Source of the DNA: Macrostomum lignano
Lineage: Eukaryota
DNA: 64,000 nt
Assembly: GCA_002269645.1 (NCBI GenBank)
Contig: NIVC01002702.1
Coordinates: 62,001 to 126,000 of the forward strand
Reading direction: 5' to 3'
Part shown: positions 41,085 to 53,396 of the stretch, in pieces
Layout: each line of letters starts with the position of its first letter
Numbering within the stretch: position 1 is the stretch's first letter
Notes under the pieces: generated by a model
Told to the model about the DNA's origin: nothing
Seen by the model: only the letters and a program-made list of their open reading frames with translations
Databases searched by the model: none
Position numbers and translations under genes: made by a program

Positions 41085-42469
41085 ATTGACATTGTGAAAC
41101 TTGGATTCTAATAACTCACTAATGGTGTTATTGGCAAGATAAACTTTTACTAAGCTTCAATAATTTAAAGAATTTTCAGACAGTAAACTGTAATTTTTAA
41201 GTTAAACCTTAAACTAATGGCTTGTCAATTTTTGTGTTCGTTGCCGGCCTAAATTTCTATTGGGTGCTACTTGTAGTAGACACGCTAATATTTTCTATTT
41301 GAGATGAACTCAACTGACTTGCTTACAGCTGCCGGGGAGAGGACGCTGCGGATAGACTTGAGGCCTCTACCGCAGCTTCAAGCTAAAAGCAGAACAATTT
41401 CTTTGTTCATTTGTATTTAGGGCCATCATTGCATCTCTCCAGCAGCAGAATTCAGCTAGGGGGCCGATGTGACGATTTCGTGCACAGTTGAAGTGCGGGC
41501 AGAAGGTGACACAGTGTGTCGCTGTTTCCTACTCTTAAAAGTGACTCAAAAGTGACGGATGGGGGAGCAATCGCTTTGTATAATAATTGTACGACTAATA
41601 TGTCTCTGAAAGAAGCCATGGCCAGTGATGACCATGCACAAAAGTTCGCCGTTGTAGCCAAAAGTATAGTAATTGCAGGCCTCTCGAGTTTTTAGCTAGG
41701 AATTTCATACCCTCCGCCTGAAATCATCTGCAAGCCTTCCCTTTCATTGTATTTATCTAATAACTGTATCAATTACGGATCTTCTCTCATTTACATGTAG
41801 CTAACCGCATCAGTCACCTACAGGTAGCCTGAGGTAGGCCCTAGCGCACAGGATAGGGCGACTGCATGATGTGAGGAGACGCGAGTTGGTTCGTCTTTTT
41901 GACAGGTCAGTTTGTGATCTTGGGGGTTTGGAAACGGGAAAATCTTGAATTCGGGAAATTTTGAGGTGCGATCGCTGTCAGTCCGATTAAGCGACTATAC
42001 AACAACAAAATAGAGACTGGCCGCGCCGGCCAGCCAATCAAAACCCCGCCTAAGGAGGAGGGGGGCTGCACCCGCGCCAAAGCTGGCCCGGCCGCAGCCA
42101 ACCAGCCCTGAGCACGGGGGCAGGGGCACGACTGGGGAGGGGCACGCGCAAAGCCCGGCCGGCGGCCAGACCCTGCCACGCCCGCCACCCCCCCCCCCCC
42201 AACCAGCCCCAAAGTGCAACGCGCCCTGCCAACTGACAAGGGCGCATGCACTACACTCTCAGTGAACAATTCTCTGAGAGAATAAGACAGTTATTCGGTA
42301 CAGAGAGGGGAAACAGAAAGGAGCTGGTAGGGCAGCCGGAGACGGAAACGAAAGGGGAAAGTTGCCATCCGTCCCAGCGAAAAGCTCGGGACAAATGTCT
42401 AGTCCGTAAAAGGGAAGGGAGGCAGGGTCTCTCGATCAAGTATGATATGATAGCTAAAGAAAGACCGAG

Positions 42470-43323
42470 CTGAATCCAAGATGGGATTGAAGGTGGAGTT
42501 TTTGTTCAAAAAGTAGCTTTCTTTATAAGCATTTCATAGTCGTCGTCGCTTTCGTCGACTGCCTGCTGGCTGACGCCGGCGCGCCCCAGATTCGGCCTGC
42601 GGCGTGGAGTTCGTTCGCGACCTGGCCTTGAGACGTGCCCTGTGATGCTAACTGCGTATTTTGTTTTTGTTGGGGTAGCTTGTTTTGGTGGGCTTAGCCG
42701 GTGGGGCCATCGGCCCCAGGGTTTGATTATTATTTAATGCGGCTCTGGGCCTTGCTCACGCCCTTCGCGCTGTTTTTTTGCTGTTTTGTGTTTTGTATTG
42801 GTGTGCTCGGAGAGTACCAGTGCGAGACTAGACGGTTAAACAGCAATTCTAGCTATTGAATACGAGAAAAGAAGCATAAGAGCCTTAAGAAGAATCTTGG
42901 AAGTTAGAACCTGCACTGTACAACGAGCGAATCAATAAACGTAACGGCGATTTGGCCACTGGTAAGCCGCCTGCTGCTTGAGTTCTTTCTTTTCTGGGAG
43001 CTTGTTAGGCTGAGTTCTTGCCAGAGCGTCATAACGCCGGGAGATCATATAGCTTTTTGTAGTACTGTACCGTCTACTCTATATAGTGTGTACAACCTAC
43101 GTATCGAGACTAGAAGCACTCGAGAGTGGCACCACACCTCGAGCCGCAGCGTGAACCCTGAGTGTCACAACATTAGAGGGATCGAGCTATTATCGCAGAG
43201 CGTCGTTACGCCTGCTCGTATTCATATAAAAGTACAGTCAGAGCGTCACAACGCCTGTTATATCACATATAATATATAAATTGTACTCGGGACTGGGCAC
43301 CCAAACCGACCCGGGTTACGACA
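42470..43323 (+). mobile_element. Possible LTR remnant
   Basis: Ends in ..GGGTTACGACA (TG..CA-type terminus) with AATAAA near 42933; matching 5' terminus and TSD not found. Confidence 0.25.
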
Positions 43324-43439
43324 AGAGATTTCAACTCCCTCAGCTCGTTTAATTGTCTACCCCCTTTTAACACTGACGGCACGCCAGGCTTGCCAGGCCG
43401 GTCTCATATACTCGTATGTGTATACAATCCAATAGCTTA

Positions 43440-43605
43440 TTTAATGGTATATTTTACCATGGTTTTAGAGGTAGACATGGTTACATAGATTGTGTCGTCT
43501 ATGGTTTTAGAGGTAGACAATGGTAGATTGTGTCTATGGTTTAGACGTAGGACATGGTAGATTGTGTCTACGGTTTTAGGGGTAGACATGATAGATTGTG
43601 TCTAT
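43440..43605. repeat. ~34-bp tandem repeat that is the target of the RTE insertion (resumes at 45042-45072)
   Basis: ATGGTTTTAGAGGTAGACATGGTAGATTGTGTCT on both sides of the LINE. Confidence 0.85.
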
Positions 43606-45044
43606 TGGTGTCCTGGCGGGAGGCCCCGCGCCCCGCGAGTGGACCCAGGCCAACATCGTCGGCATCCCGAAGAAGCCGGGCACTACACGGAAGGAGGAGC
43701 ATCGTGGAATCTCGCTCATGTCCTGTACCGCGAAGCTGTTCAACCGGGTGCTATTAGCACGGTTACAGCCCGTGCTGGACTCGTTCCTGCGGTACGAGCA
43801 GAACGGGTTCCGCCCCCATCGCGGTACGGTGACGCAGATCCTGGCCCTCCGCCGCATCATCGAGGAGGCACGCATCCACCAGTCAAGCCTTATCGTCATC
43901 TTTGTTGACTTCCTCAAGGCCTTCGACTCGGTGGCGCGCGGCGCGCTGCCTCACGTGCTCCGTGCCTACAACGTACCGCAGCAGCTGATCTCCGCCATCA
44001 TGGCGCTGTATCAGGACACCACCGCCGCGGTAGCGACGCCAGACGGACCGTCGGACCTGTTTAGCACGACCTCCGGAGTGCTACAGGGTGACACTCTGGC
44101 GCCCTTTCTCTTCGTGCTGGTGATGGACTGGGTGCTCAGGACCGGCCTGCCGACATCAGAGGACGGCTTTCTGCTGCAAAGGCGCACCAGTAGACGGCAC
44201 CCGGAGAAGAAACTGTCTGTCCTTGGCTACGCGGCCCTGCTGTCTTCCACGGCCGAAGGCGCCCAACGGCTGCTGGACGGCCTGACTGCGGCGGCGGCGA
44301 GGGTCGGTCTCGTCATCAACGCCAGGAAGACCGAGGTGCTGACGGTGCCGCATGATCTACCCGCCGAGATTCGACTTCGAGACGGCGACGGCCCCGGGAC
44401 GGCGCTCCCGAAGTGCCTTCAGTTCGTCTACCTCGGCGGACTGGTGCCGGACGTCGGTGACGACCTAGCGAGACGGCGCGGCAAGGCCTGGGCTGCCTTC
44501 CGATCTGTGCGGGCGGTGCTGCTCTCCGAGGCCCTGTCCGACGGCGCCAGGTCCCAGCTGTTCCAGGCGGTTGTTGAGACCGCCCTGCTGTACAATGCTG
44601 AGACCTGGACGCTGACCGGGGCGCTTGAGGCGCAGCTCGACGCGGCGCATGCGGCCCTAGTCCGCGCCGCTTTCGGCGCCCGCCGCGGCCCTGGCAGCGA
44701 GACAACCGAGTCCCTGTACAAACGCACAGGCCTGACGCGGCCTTCTGCCCTGCTGAGTCAGCGGCGCCTGCGGCTTGCCGGACATGTCATCCGGGCCGAA
44801 GCCTACTGCCCAGAACCGCTGCAGGACGTCCTGCTGTGGACCCCGCAGGGACCGCGCAGGCGTGGTCAGGGACGATCAGCCCGCTACGTCGACCGCCTTT
44901 TTGAAGATGCGCGAGCACCCAGCCAGACGGCCGGTGTGAAGCACATTAGAGACCTGGCTCTGAAACGCGCGATTTGACGCTCCCCCCTCTTGGCCACTCC
45001 CGTGGCTGGCGTGGGGCGTAACTATTATTATTATTATTATTATT
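43606..45044 (+). mobile_element. 5'-truncated RTE-clade non-LTR retrotransposon (RT domain through 3' end)
   Basis: HRGISLMSCTAKLFNRVLL..RYEQNGFRPHRGT..FVDFLKAFDSV..GVLQGDTLAPFLF..GLVINARKTE..F.YLGG..LLYNAETW..RRLRLAGHV; stop 44977; short 3' UTR hairpin and (TAT)n tail; ATTGTGTCTAT at both junctions (43595-43605, 45042-45052). Confidence 0.93.
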
Positions 45045-46247
45045 GTGTCTATGGTTTTAGAGGTAGACATAGCTATAATGAAATGGACATCCAATGCACT
45101 GCTACTTTTGCGTATGCATACTACTCCACGGAATAATTTCATTTGACTCGAGACGTAGAGAGCTTTAGTGGAAATTTAAAAGTCGCATAATCTAAGAAAC
45201 AATCAAGCCGAGAAACTGCGATTTTACGTTTTTGTAACAATTCTTCTTAGGCCTATGTTAATCTATTCAGTAACGATTAACGAATCCAGTGGGAGGCGTC
45301 CTAGTCCTGTCCCAACTCTTTTGCCGTGGCTGTACTTGCATATAATAAGCTGACATCGTAATTTTGGGCTTATTTTGGGCCACTCAAAATGCTGAGCCAG
45401 TCCACCGAGCCGACTTACGACCGAGTACCGACCGCCCCTACTTTAAAAATCCTGGACCTGCCTGTAAATCCATATGTGTTAGCTTATCTTTTACTTTTTA
45501 AATTGTGCTGTCTAAGTAAATGACAGCACAATGACAGCACAATGAAAATGATAGCACAGCACTAAGTTTTAAGTGTAGAACTAATCTGCATTGCCATTAG
45601 TTTTATTTAGATGTATACTAATACTATATAATAGAGCCATGAGTATGGAAACTATGTATATAGCAGAAACAAATATTCTAATTTGTTAGAATATTTGTTT
45701 TTGTTAGACCTTTATCACTTAATGGCTGATTCACTGGACTTAGGCATCAAGTGGTAACCCTTAGGCCCCCTATTCTCTTATTATAATACAGAATTGCTAA
45801 TTGTAGCTTTTCAATATTTCTAGCTTGAATAATTAATTAATTAAATGTAATCTTTCTTTTCATTTTATAGGCTACCTTAGCTTAAGCATAGGCCTACCCT
45901 AAGCCTAAAAGCATTTCTTTACTAGGCAGTAAATGCATTCTAGATTCTAAATTATTTTTCCTTTCTAAAAGATAATGATATATATTATTTTTTGGCCTAT
46001 CCTTACACTAGATATCACATAGAATATCCTAGAGATTATTGTTTATAGAAAGAAATTTAGAGAGAAATTTTTTATATTAAGTTTGTTTTTTTTTAGCTAT
46101 TTTATAAATGATTAATTATTATCTTATTAATGAACTATATAGTATACCTTTAAATATAAGATTATTTATTTGAGGAAAATATTTAGCTTCTCTATTTACC
46201 AATCATGATATAATTTATAATATATTAAATTGTTTTCAGACTATAAA

Positions 46248-49200
46248 ATGATGGTTGTTCTAAATAGCTCAATATTGGATTTTTTCTTAGCTTTTTCCAC
46301 ATTGTTAGCTGCATGCATTTTTACTACTGGATTCTTTCCTGATGTTGGAAAATCATCTTACTCTGTTTGTGGCCAAAGTAGAATAAGAGGTAATATATTT
46401 TCAACCTTGTTAGCAAGCAGCTTTTCTACTGTAGGACCTTGGCAGAGGTTAGCACACAACCTTGGCAGAGGGTAGCACACAACCTTGGTAGAGGGTAGCA
46501 CACAACCTTGGCAGAGGGTATCACACAACCTTGGCAGAGGGTAGCACTCAACCTTGGCAGAGGGTAGCACACAATCTTGGCAGAGGTTAGCACACAACCT
46601 TGGCAGAGGGTAGCACACAACCTTGGCAGAGGGTAGCACTCAACCTTGGCAGAGGGTAGCACACAACCTTGGCAGAGGGTAGCACTCAACCTTGGCAGAG
46701 GGTAGGACTCAACCTTGGCAGAGGGTAGCACTCAACCTTGGCAGAGGGTAGCACACAACCTTGGCAGAGGGTAGCACACAACCTTGGCAGAGGGTAGCAC
46801 ACAACCTTGGCAGAGGGTAGCACACAACCTTGGCAGAGGGTAGCACACAACCTTGGCAGAGGGTAGGACTCAACCTTGGCAAAGGGTAGCACTGGACCTT
46901 GGGAGGGTAGCACTCGACCTTGGGAGGGTAGCACTCGACCTTGGGAGGGTAGCACTCGACCTTGGGAGGGTAGCACTCGACCTTGGGAGGGTGGCACTCG
47001 ACCTTGGGAGGGTAGCACTCGACCTTGGGAGGGTAGCACTCGACCTTGGGAGGGTAGCACTCGACCTTGGGAGAGTAGCACTCGACATTGGGAGGGTAGC
47101 ACTCGACCTTGGGAGGGTAGCACTCGACCTTGGGAGGGTAGCACTCGACCTTGGGAGGGTAGCACTCGACCTTGGGAGGGTAGCACTCGACCTTGGGAGG
47201 GTAGCACTCGACCTTGGGAGAGTAGCACTCGACATTGGGAGGGCAGCACTCGACTTACGGAGGGTGGCACTCGACCTTGGGAGGGTAGCACTCGACCTTG
47301 GGAGGGCAGCACTCGACTTACGGAGGGTGGCACTCGACCTTGGGAGGGTAGCACTCGACCTTGGGAGGGTAGCACTCGACCTTGGGAGGGTAGCACTCGA
47401 CCTTGGGAGGGTAGCACTCGACATTGGGAGGGTAGCACTCGACCTTGGGAGGGTAGCACTCGACCTTGGGAGGGTAGCACCCCCACTCTATAGTAGCAAT
47501 GTTGGAGATTCTGCATACACATGGTGAACTCAGTTCTACTAATTAACGGACGCAGATTTACAAATGAGCAATCAAAATAATCATTATTTGTCCTCTGACT
47601 GGCATTTAGACAGACGATGTTTCGGTCGTAAAACTGTCCTACTATTGATTGATGGCATGCGACAGGACATGGTTTTCTCATCTGATAGACAATCTGCTGC
47701 TAAAATGCGCTTTCTGGACAGTGCCAGGAGAGGCAAAAGCAGAATTGCTGGCATTCGCGGCAATTATAGCGCTGTGGTGAAAGTTCAGTCGCCTACTGTT
47801 ACTCTGCCTAGGATTAAGGTAGGCTGAGATCTCTTATCTCTGTCCTACACAATTCACCTTCCTCGCTTTCTCCTGTCTTTCTCTTCCCCATATTTCTCTT
47901 TCCCATCTTTCTCTTCCCTTTTTCTCTCCACTCTTTCTCTTCACTCTTTCTTTTCACACCTTTCTCTTCCCATCTTTCTCTTTCCTCTTTCTCTTTCCCA
48001 TCTTTCTCTTTACCATCTTTCTCTTTCCCATCTTCTCTTTCCCATCTTTCTCTTTCCCATCTTTCTCTTCCCCTCTTTCTCTTCCCTCTTTCTTTTTCCC
48101 ATCTTTCTCTTCTCCTCTTTCTCCTTCCCATCTTTCTCTTTACCATCTTTCTCTTTCCTCTTTCTCATTCCCATATTTCTCTTCCCTCTTTTTTTGTTTC
48201 TCTTGCTTATTTCTCTTCCCTCTTTATCTATCCCATCTTTCTCTTCTCTTTCTCTTCCCTCTTTCTCTTTTCCCTCTTTCTCTTTTCCATCTTTCTCTTC
48301 TCTTTCTCTTCCCTTTCTTCTTTACCCCTTGCCCTTTCCTTCTCCTTTTGCCTTCTCCCTCTCACCAATCCACCTTGCCTACTTCGCAGTGCCTCACAAC
48401 CGGTCGAGTTCCGGGATTCCTGGACGTTTTGTGGAATTTCTTCGCTTCCGAATTGGCCACGGATAGCATTGTGCGTCGTTGGCATTCGGCCAATTTCAGC
48501 GTTCAGTTCTATGGGGACGACACCTGGACCCGGATGTTCCTGGGTAGCTTTGCCATGGCGCAAGGGCTGCCATCCTTCTTTGCTACGGACTTCTACGAGG
48601 TGAGGAATTGGCTTTTGATGACTTTATCATTCTGTGCCAGTCTTCTATAAATCCTCTGAACATTTTCATTTTGAGCCACCCAGAGATCCCATATTGAGTC
48701 ACTCAGATCTCATATTGAGTCACTCAGATATCCCACATTGAGTCACCCTGAGATCCCATGTTCAGTCATTTAAAAATCCCATATTGAGTCACTCAGATCC
48801 CATATTCAGTCACCCAGAGATCCCATATTGAGTCACTCAGATCCCATATTCAGTCACCCATTGATCCCATATTGAGTCACTCAAAGATCCCATAATGAGT
48901 CATCCTGAGATCCCATATTGAGTCGCTTCTCATTGATCCCATATTGAGTCACTCAGATCCCATATTCAGTCACCCAGAGATCCCATATTGAGTCACTCAG
49001 AGATCCCATATTAATTCACTTCCCATTGATCCCATATTGAGTCACTCAGATACGCCCCAAAAAGTATTCATTTTTCCTAATTCTCACCCTGTCTCACCCA
49101 CAAACTCTTAACACTTTGCACCATTCTAAACTATTAATAATTATCCGATCGCACTACTAAATTTTGCAGGTAGACAAAAATGTGACAGAAAATTTGCGAG

Positions 49201-52200
49201 AAGCGCTGAACGCTACATCAAGCTGGGATGTGCTCATCTTGCACTACCTCGGACTGGATCACATCGGCCATATTGAAGGCCCAAATAGTAGATTGGTGCC
49301 GGATAAACTTGCGGAAATGGATGCGGTTGTTGAGTCTATTGTTACGGCTTTGAGTAGCCAGGTAGGTGCTTGTGTGTGATGGGAAATCTGTGGGGGTAGT
49401 GACTGATTATGGGATCTCTGAGTGACTCAATATGGGATCTCTGAGTGACTCAATATGGGATCTCTGAGTGACTCAATATGGGATCTCTGAGTGACTCAAT
49501 ATGGGATCTCTGAGTGACTCAATATGGGATCTCTGAGTGACTCAATATGGGATCTCTGAGTGACTCAATATAGGATCATTGGGAAGTGACTCAATATGGG
49601 ATCAATGGGCAGTGACTCACAATGGGATACTTAAATCAAGTGACTCACAAGAAGCCGCTCCCAACCAAACCATCTCTTCAGCCAGTCGACTGGCTCCTAG
49701 TGGTAACCAGCGATCACGGAATGAGCGACCTTGGCGGTCACGGAGGTGCCTCCCCCGCCGAGACGCGAACTCCTCTCGTGTTGCTAAGCAGTGTACAGCT
49801 TTCCAGCAGTCTAGATCCATCGATTGAGCTCCCAGAACTAGAGCAGACAGATATGGCTAATTTGCTAACTAGCTGGACAGGTGTTCAGCCTCCCAGGGCC
49901 AGTTTGGGACTGCTGCATCCGTCACTAGGCGGACTCGCCTGCGGCGGCTTCTCCAACTCGTTGCTTAGCAACAACTGGCTCGATTTGTTGGAATTAGAAG
50001 CCGAATTGAATTCTAAATCTGGTGAGAGTTTTTTGTTTGATTACTTTACTACTCTCTAACTGCTAAGTAACTGCACTACTGATAATAAAGAAATCACAAT
50101 TTTTCTTTATTTAAAAAAAACTATAAATTAGAGGCCTTCAATCGCTCCGAACGATCCAAGCGCTGCGCCGAAGATCTAAACTATTGCTACTCTGAGGCCA
50201 GACAAGCTCAACAGGCTTTGGTTTACGCATCGGCTGAGTACAGCTTGCCTAGAATGCTCATTGGTTTAGGGCTGGGCTGCCTCTGCTGTCTTTTTCGTTT
50301 GCCAACTTTGCTGCAAGCTGTTGGTATGATGACAGCAAAATCTAACGGCCCAAATGAATTCCAATCAGCCGACGACAGGGTTAGCTATTTTTATTGTTTG
50401 TTCTTAATGTACGCCCACCCCATCCTCCACAGCCACCCCATCCTCCACAGCCACCCCATCCTCCACAGCCACCCCATCCTCCACAGCCACCCCATCCTCC
50501 ACAGCCACCCCATCCTCCACAGCCACCCCATCCTCCACAGCCACCCCATCCTCCACAGCCACCCCATCCTCCACAGCCACCCCATCCTCCACAGCCACCC
50601 CATCCTCCACAGCCACCCATCCTCTACATCCACCCCATCCTTCGCAGCCACCCCATCCTCCGCAGCCACCCCATCCTCCGCACGCACCCAATCATCCTTC
50701 ACATACTATGCTTCGACTTCATACCGAGCACAAAGCGCCAAATTTCATATAAATTGCCCAAAATTGTTCCAGCTAAACAACCTGGCGATCTACCTGCTAA
50801 TTCTGGGCACCTGTCTAGCTCCGATATTAATTCACGCGTCTACTAGTTTAATAGAGGAGGAGCATCAGTTTTGGTACTTTGCTTGCACCAGCCTGTTTGC
50901 CTGTCGCGTCCTATCAGCCAGTCTAAGCACTGCTAATTTACCTTGGCTGGAATGTATTCGTCAACTGATTCAACCCCTGATTCCTCTTGTAGCATTTCGA
51001 TTAGCTAGAAATTTCAATCAAACCGGAGACAAATGGGCCCACCTACCAGATCTAGATCAGCACCTGCGCGGTTGGCCTGTCTGTTACGCAATAATTCTCC
51101 TCTGTAGCATCTGTTTAATTGGTGTTTTTCTGCAAAAATACCTTGATTATAACAATACATTTTCAAACGATACTACTTATACTATAGTTGCAAATAGTAG
51201 TAAAATTCGATGCCTAATTTTAATTGCATGCTGTTTTTGCGCTATTTGGCTTCGTTGTAGTTTGGCATTGACAAATTTTATTAATCCTATAATTAGCTGT
51301 TTGGGATTGCTATTGGCTATAGCATGGACTGTTATTGGGATTATTACTAATGCTAATTATGGCTGCCCAGTTGCCTCATCAGCTGGTGGCATTCTACTAT
51401 GCCAGACTTTGTTGGCAAGTTGTCCGGCCAACTGTGCAGTCCTTTGTCTGCACTGCCTAGCCATTGGACCAGCGTTTGCTAAACCAGGACTTTACAGTTC
51501 GAGGCGTGATAGACTCATTCTGATGCTCACCTTTGTTTGGCTGGGTCAGGCTCTCTACTTTCAGTTGGTAAGTCTGCACTTTTTTATCGTTGTTGAGTTT
51601 TATGCTTGAAAAATCAATATAGGGTTTTGGCCGCCCCCCCCCCTGGCACAGGTCCTTCAGTGACATCAACGGGGCGCTTGCAAAATCCCGAAATTTTGCA
51701 ATTCAGAAATTTCATAAACCCAAAATTTCATAAACCCGAAATTTCATAAAACCCGAAATTTCATAAACATCGAAACATAAAATATCGGCATAATTCATAG
51801 AACCGAAATTTCACGTCAAATTGTACGATATTGAAATGAACTGGATGAATAAAAATAAGACTAAACTGAGAATTAAAATAAATTAAGCACTTCATATTTC
51901 TAGAATCTTTTTATTCCTTTACTTTTACAAAGTCGTCTCGGATGTGCAACTTTTGGCTAGGAAAGAAACTGTCTTTCGACATTTTGAAAATTCGGGTTTT
52001 GTGAAACCCGAATCCGTCTCACAGCACCAGCGATGAGGCAATTCTGTCCATACTGTACGCAGACGCAATAATAATAAAAATAATTGATTACACCTGCCCC
52101 GATTGGGCCAGATGTGCAACCGACAGCTCAGCCGCAGCTATTGCGCGGCGCATCTGAAGGCTGCGTACGGCTGTTCAGTCCAAAGACTGGGGGGTCAACA

Positions 52201-52664
52201 CACAGCCTCAATTACCCCATCAATTACCCCATAATAAACAGAATTTTCCGCGTTACGATAAAATGAAAATATGTACCGTCCAATTTCAGGGCCAGTCAAA
52301 CAGTCTCGCAACGGCCGATATTGGCGCATCATTTGTTGGCCTGCCGTTTAATTCGATGATTTTAAGCGGCGCTTTGCTCGTCCTGTCAACTTGGACTGGC
52401 CAATTGTTTTATCTATTGCTTGCAATTCTGCTTCTAAAAGGGCATAAAAGCATCTGTACTGGTGGAGAGTTCAGACGAGCATCATCTGTGATTGGTCTGG
52501 CGCACCTATTGGCAGGTTACAGCTGGTGCAGCCTGGCGCTATTCTGCATTGTACAGCGGCATCATCTGTTTGTATGGACAGTGTACGCACCCAAGTACTG
52601 CTATGGCTCCGCTTACCTGGCTCTGCTAACTGTGCTGTATCTTGTTGCGCGGCTTTTCGATTGA
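46248..52664 (+). CDS. PIGG: GPI ethanolamine phosphate transferase 2 (PIG-G/GPI7), ~836 aa. Exons 46248-46389, 47610-47818, 48390-48599, 49170-49361, 49682-50021, 50132-50379, 50773-51567, 52290-52664
   Basis: N-terminal TM ending GFFP; LLIDGMR; SPTVTLPRIK|CLTTGRVPGFLDV; FYGDDTW; VDKNVT..LHYLGLDHIGH; SDHGMS..GGHGG; EEEHQFWY; GQSNSLATAD; QRHHLFVWTVYAPK. Splice phases are consistent (2511 nt). The exon 6/7 boundary is the least certain. Confidence 0.9.
46435..47480. repeat. Bipartite minisatellite in PIGG intron 1: 23-bp units, then 21-bp units
   Basis: (AACCTTGGCAGAGGGTAGCACAC)n to ~46880, then (GACCTTGGGAGGGTAGCACTC)n. Confidence 0.96.
47860..48365. repeat. CT-rich low-complexity repeat in PIGG intron 2
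   Basis: TTTCTCTTTCCCATC-like units. Confidence 0.92.
48670..49050 (+). repeat. 21-23-bp minisatellite in PIGG intron 3
   Basis: ATCCCATATTGAGTCACTCAG(AG) units. Confidence 0.93.
49385..49635 (-). repeat. 23-bp minisatellite in PIGG intron 4; reverse complement of the intron 3 array
   Basis: (TATGGGATCTCTGAGTGACTCAA)n is the reverse complement of TTGAGTCACTCAGAGATCCCATA. Confidence 0.95.
50415..50700. repeat. 18-bp minisatellite in predicted PIGG intron 6
   Basis: (CACCCCATCCTCCACAGC)n. Confidence 0.95.
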
Positions 52665-52894
52665 TTTGAAATCCAAGTTACATGTAGGCAGTTTCTGTTC
52701 TTTTTGAAAAAAACTTTGGTGCTCCTAGCAAACTGACAAAAAGATGACTATAGCTCAGCTAAATTTATTTGCATTTACTTTTTTCCCTTCTCCTTTTTTT
52801 CTTAATATAAATTACACCTATTAGTACTGTTCTAAGTAATAAACAGTTTTTTTTGCGATTTATACTTTCAATTATAAAAAATAACTAAAAACAA

Positions 52895-53355
52895 GGGTAG
52901 AGAGGATTGAACTGGCAGGCCAATTATTATCAGGGGAGTGACGGGGTTGAACTAGCGAGCCAATTATTATCAGGGGAGTGATGGGGTTGAACTAGCGAGC
53001 CAATTACTATCAGGGGAGTGAGGGGGTTGAACTAGCGAGCCAATTATTATTAGGGGAGTGACGGGGTTGAACTAGCGAGCCAATTATTATCAGGGGAGTG
53101 AGGGGGTTGAACTGGCAGGCCAATTATTATCAGGGGAGTGAGGGGGTTGAACTGGCAGGCCAATTATTATCAGGGGAGTGAGGGGGTTGAACTGGCAGGC
53201 CAATTATTATCAGGGGAGTGAGGGGGTTGAACTGGCAGGCCAATTATTATCAGGGGAGTGAGGGGGTTGAACTGGCAGGCCAATTATTATCAGGGGAGTG
53301 AGGGGGTTGAACTGGCAGGCCAATTATTATCCGGGGAGTGAGGGGGTTGAACTGG
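52895..53355. repeat. 40-bp minisatellite (~11 copies) between PIGG and AP5M1
   Basis: AGGGGGTTGAACTGGCAGGCCAATTATTATCAGGGGAGTG. Confidence 0.96.
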
Positions 53356-53396
53356 TTTCTATTTCTATCACTAACACATTTTCTTAATTTCTTCAG

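Noticed and set aside
15804-41392. Exact 18-mer GCTTCAAGCTAAAAGCAG at 15804-15821 and 41375-41392
   Set aside because: Flanks do not align; one 18-nt match in 64 kb is only marginally unexpected
41452-41700. Short frames downstream of the lectin gene
   Set aside because: Not linked to a gene model; no motif recognised
45285-45465. Possible MITE right end (..AAAATCCTGGACCTGCCTG)
   Set aside because: No matching left TIR or TSD found
46686-47681. QGRVLPS / WEGSTRP ORFs
   Set aside because: 21-bp intronic array translated on both strands
52895-53355. CRISPR-like regular 40-bp repeats (also 1199-1612 and 17295-17950)
   Set aside because: Head-to-tail units with no unique spacers, no cas genes, eukaryotic context
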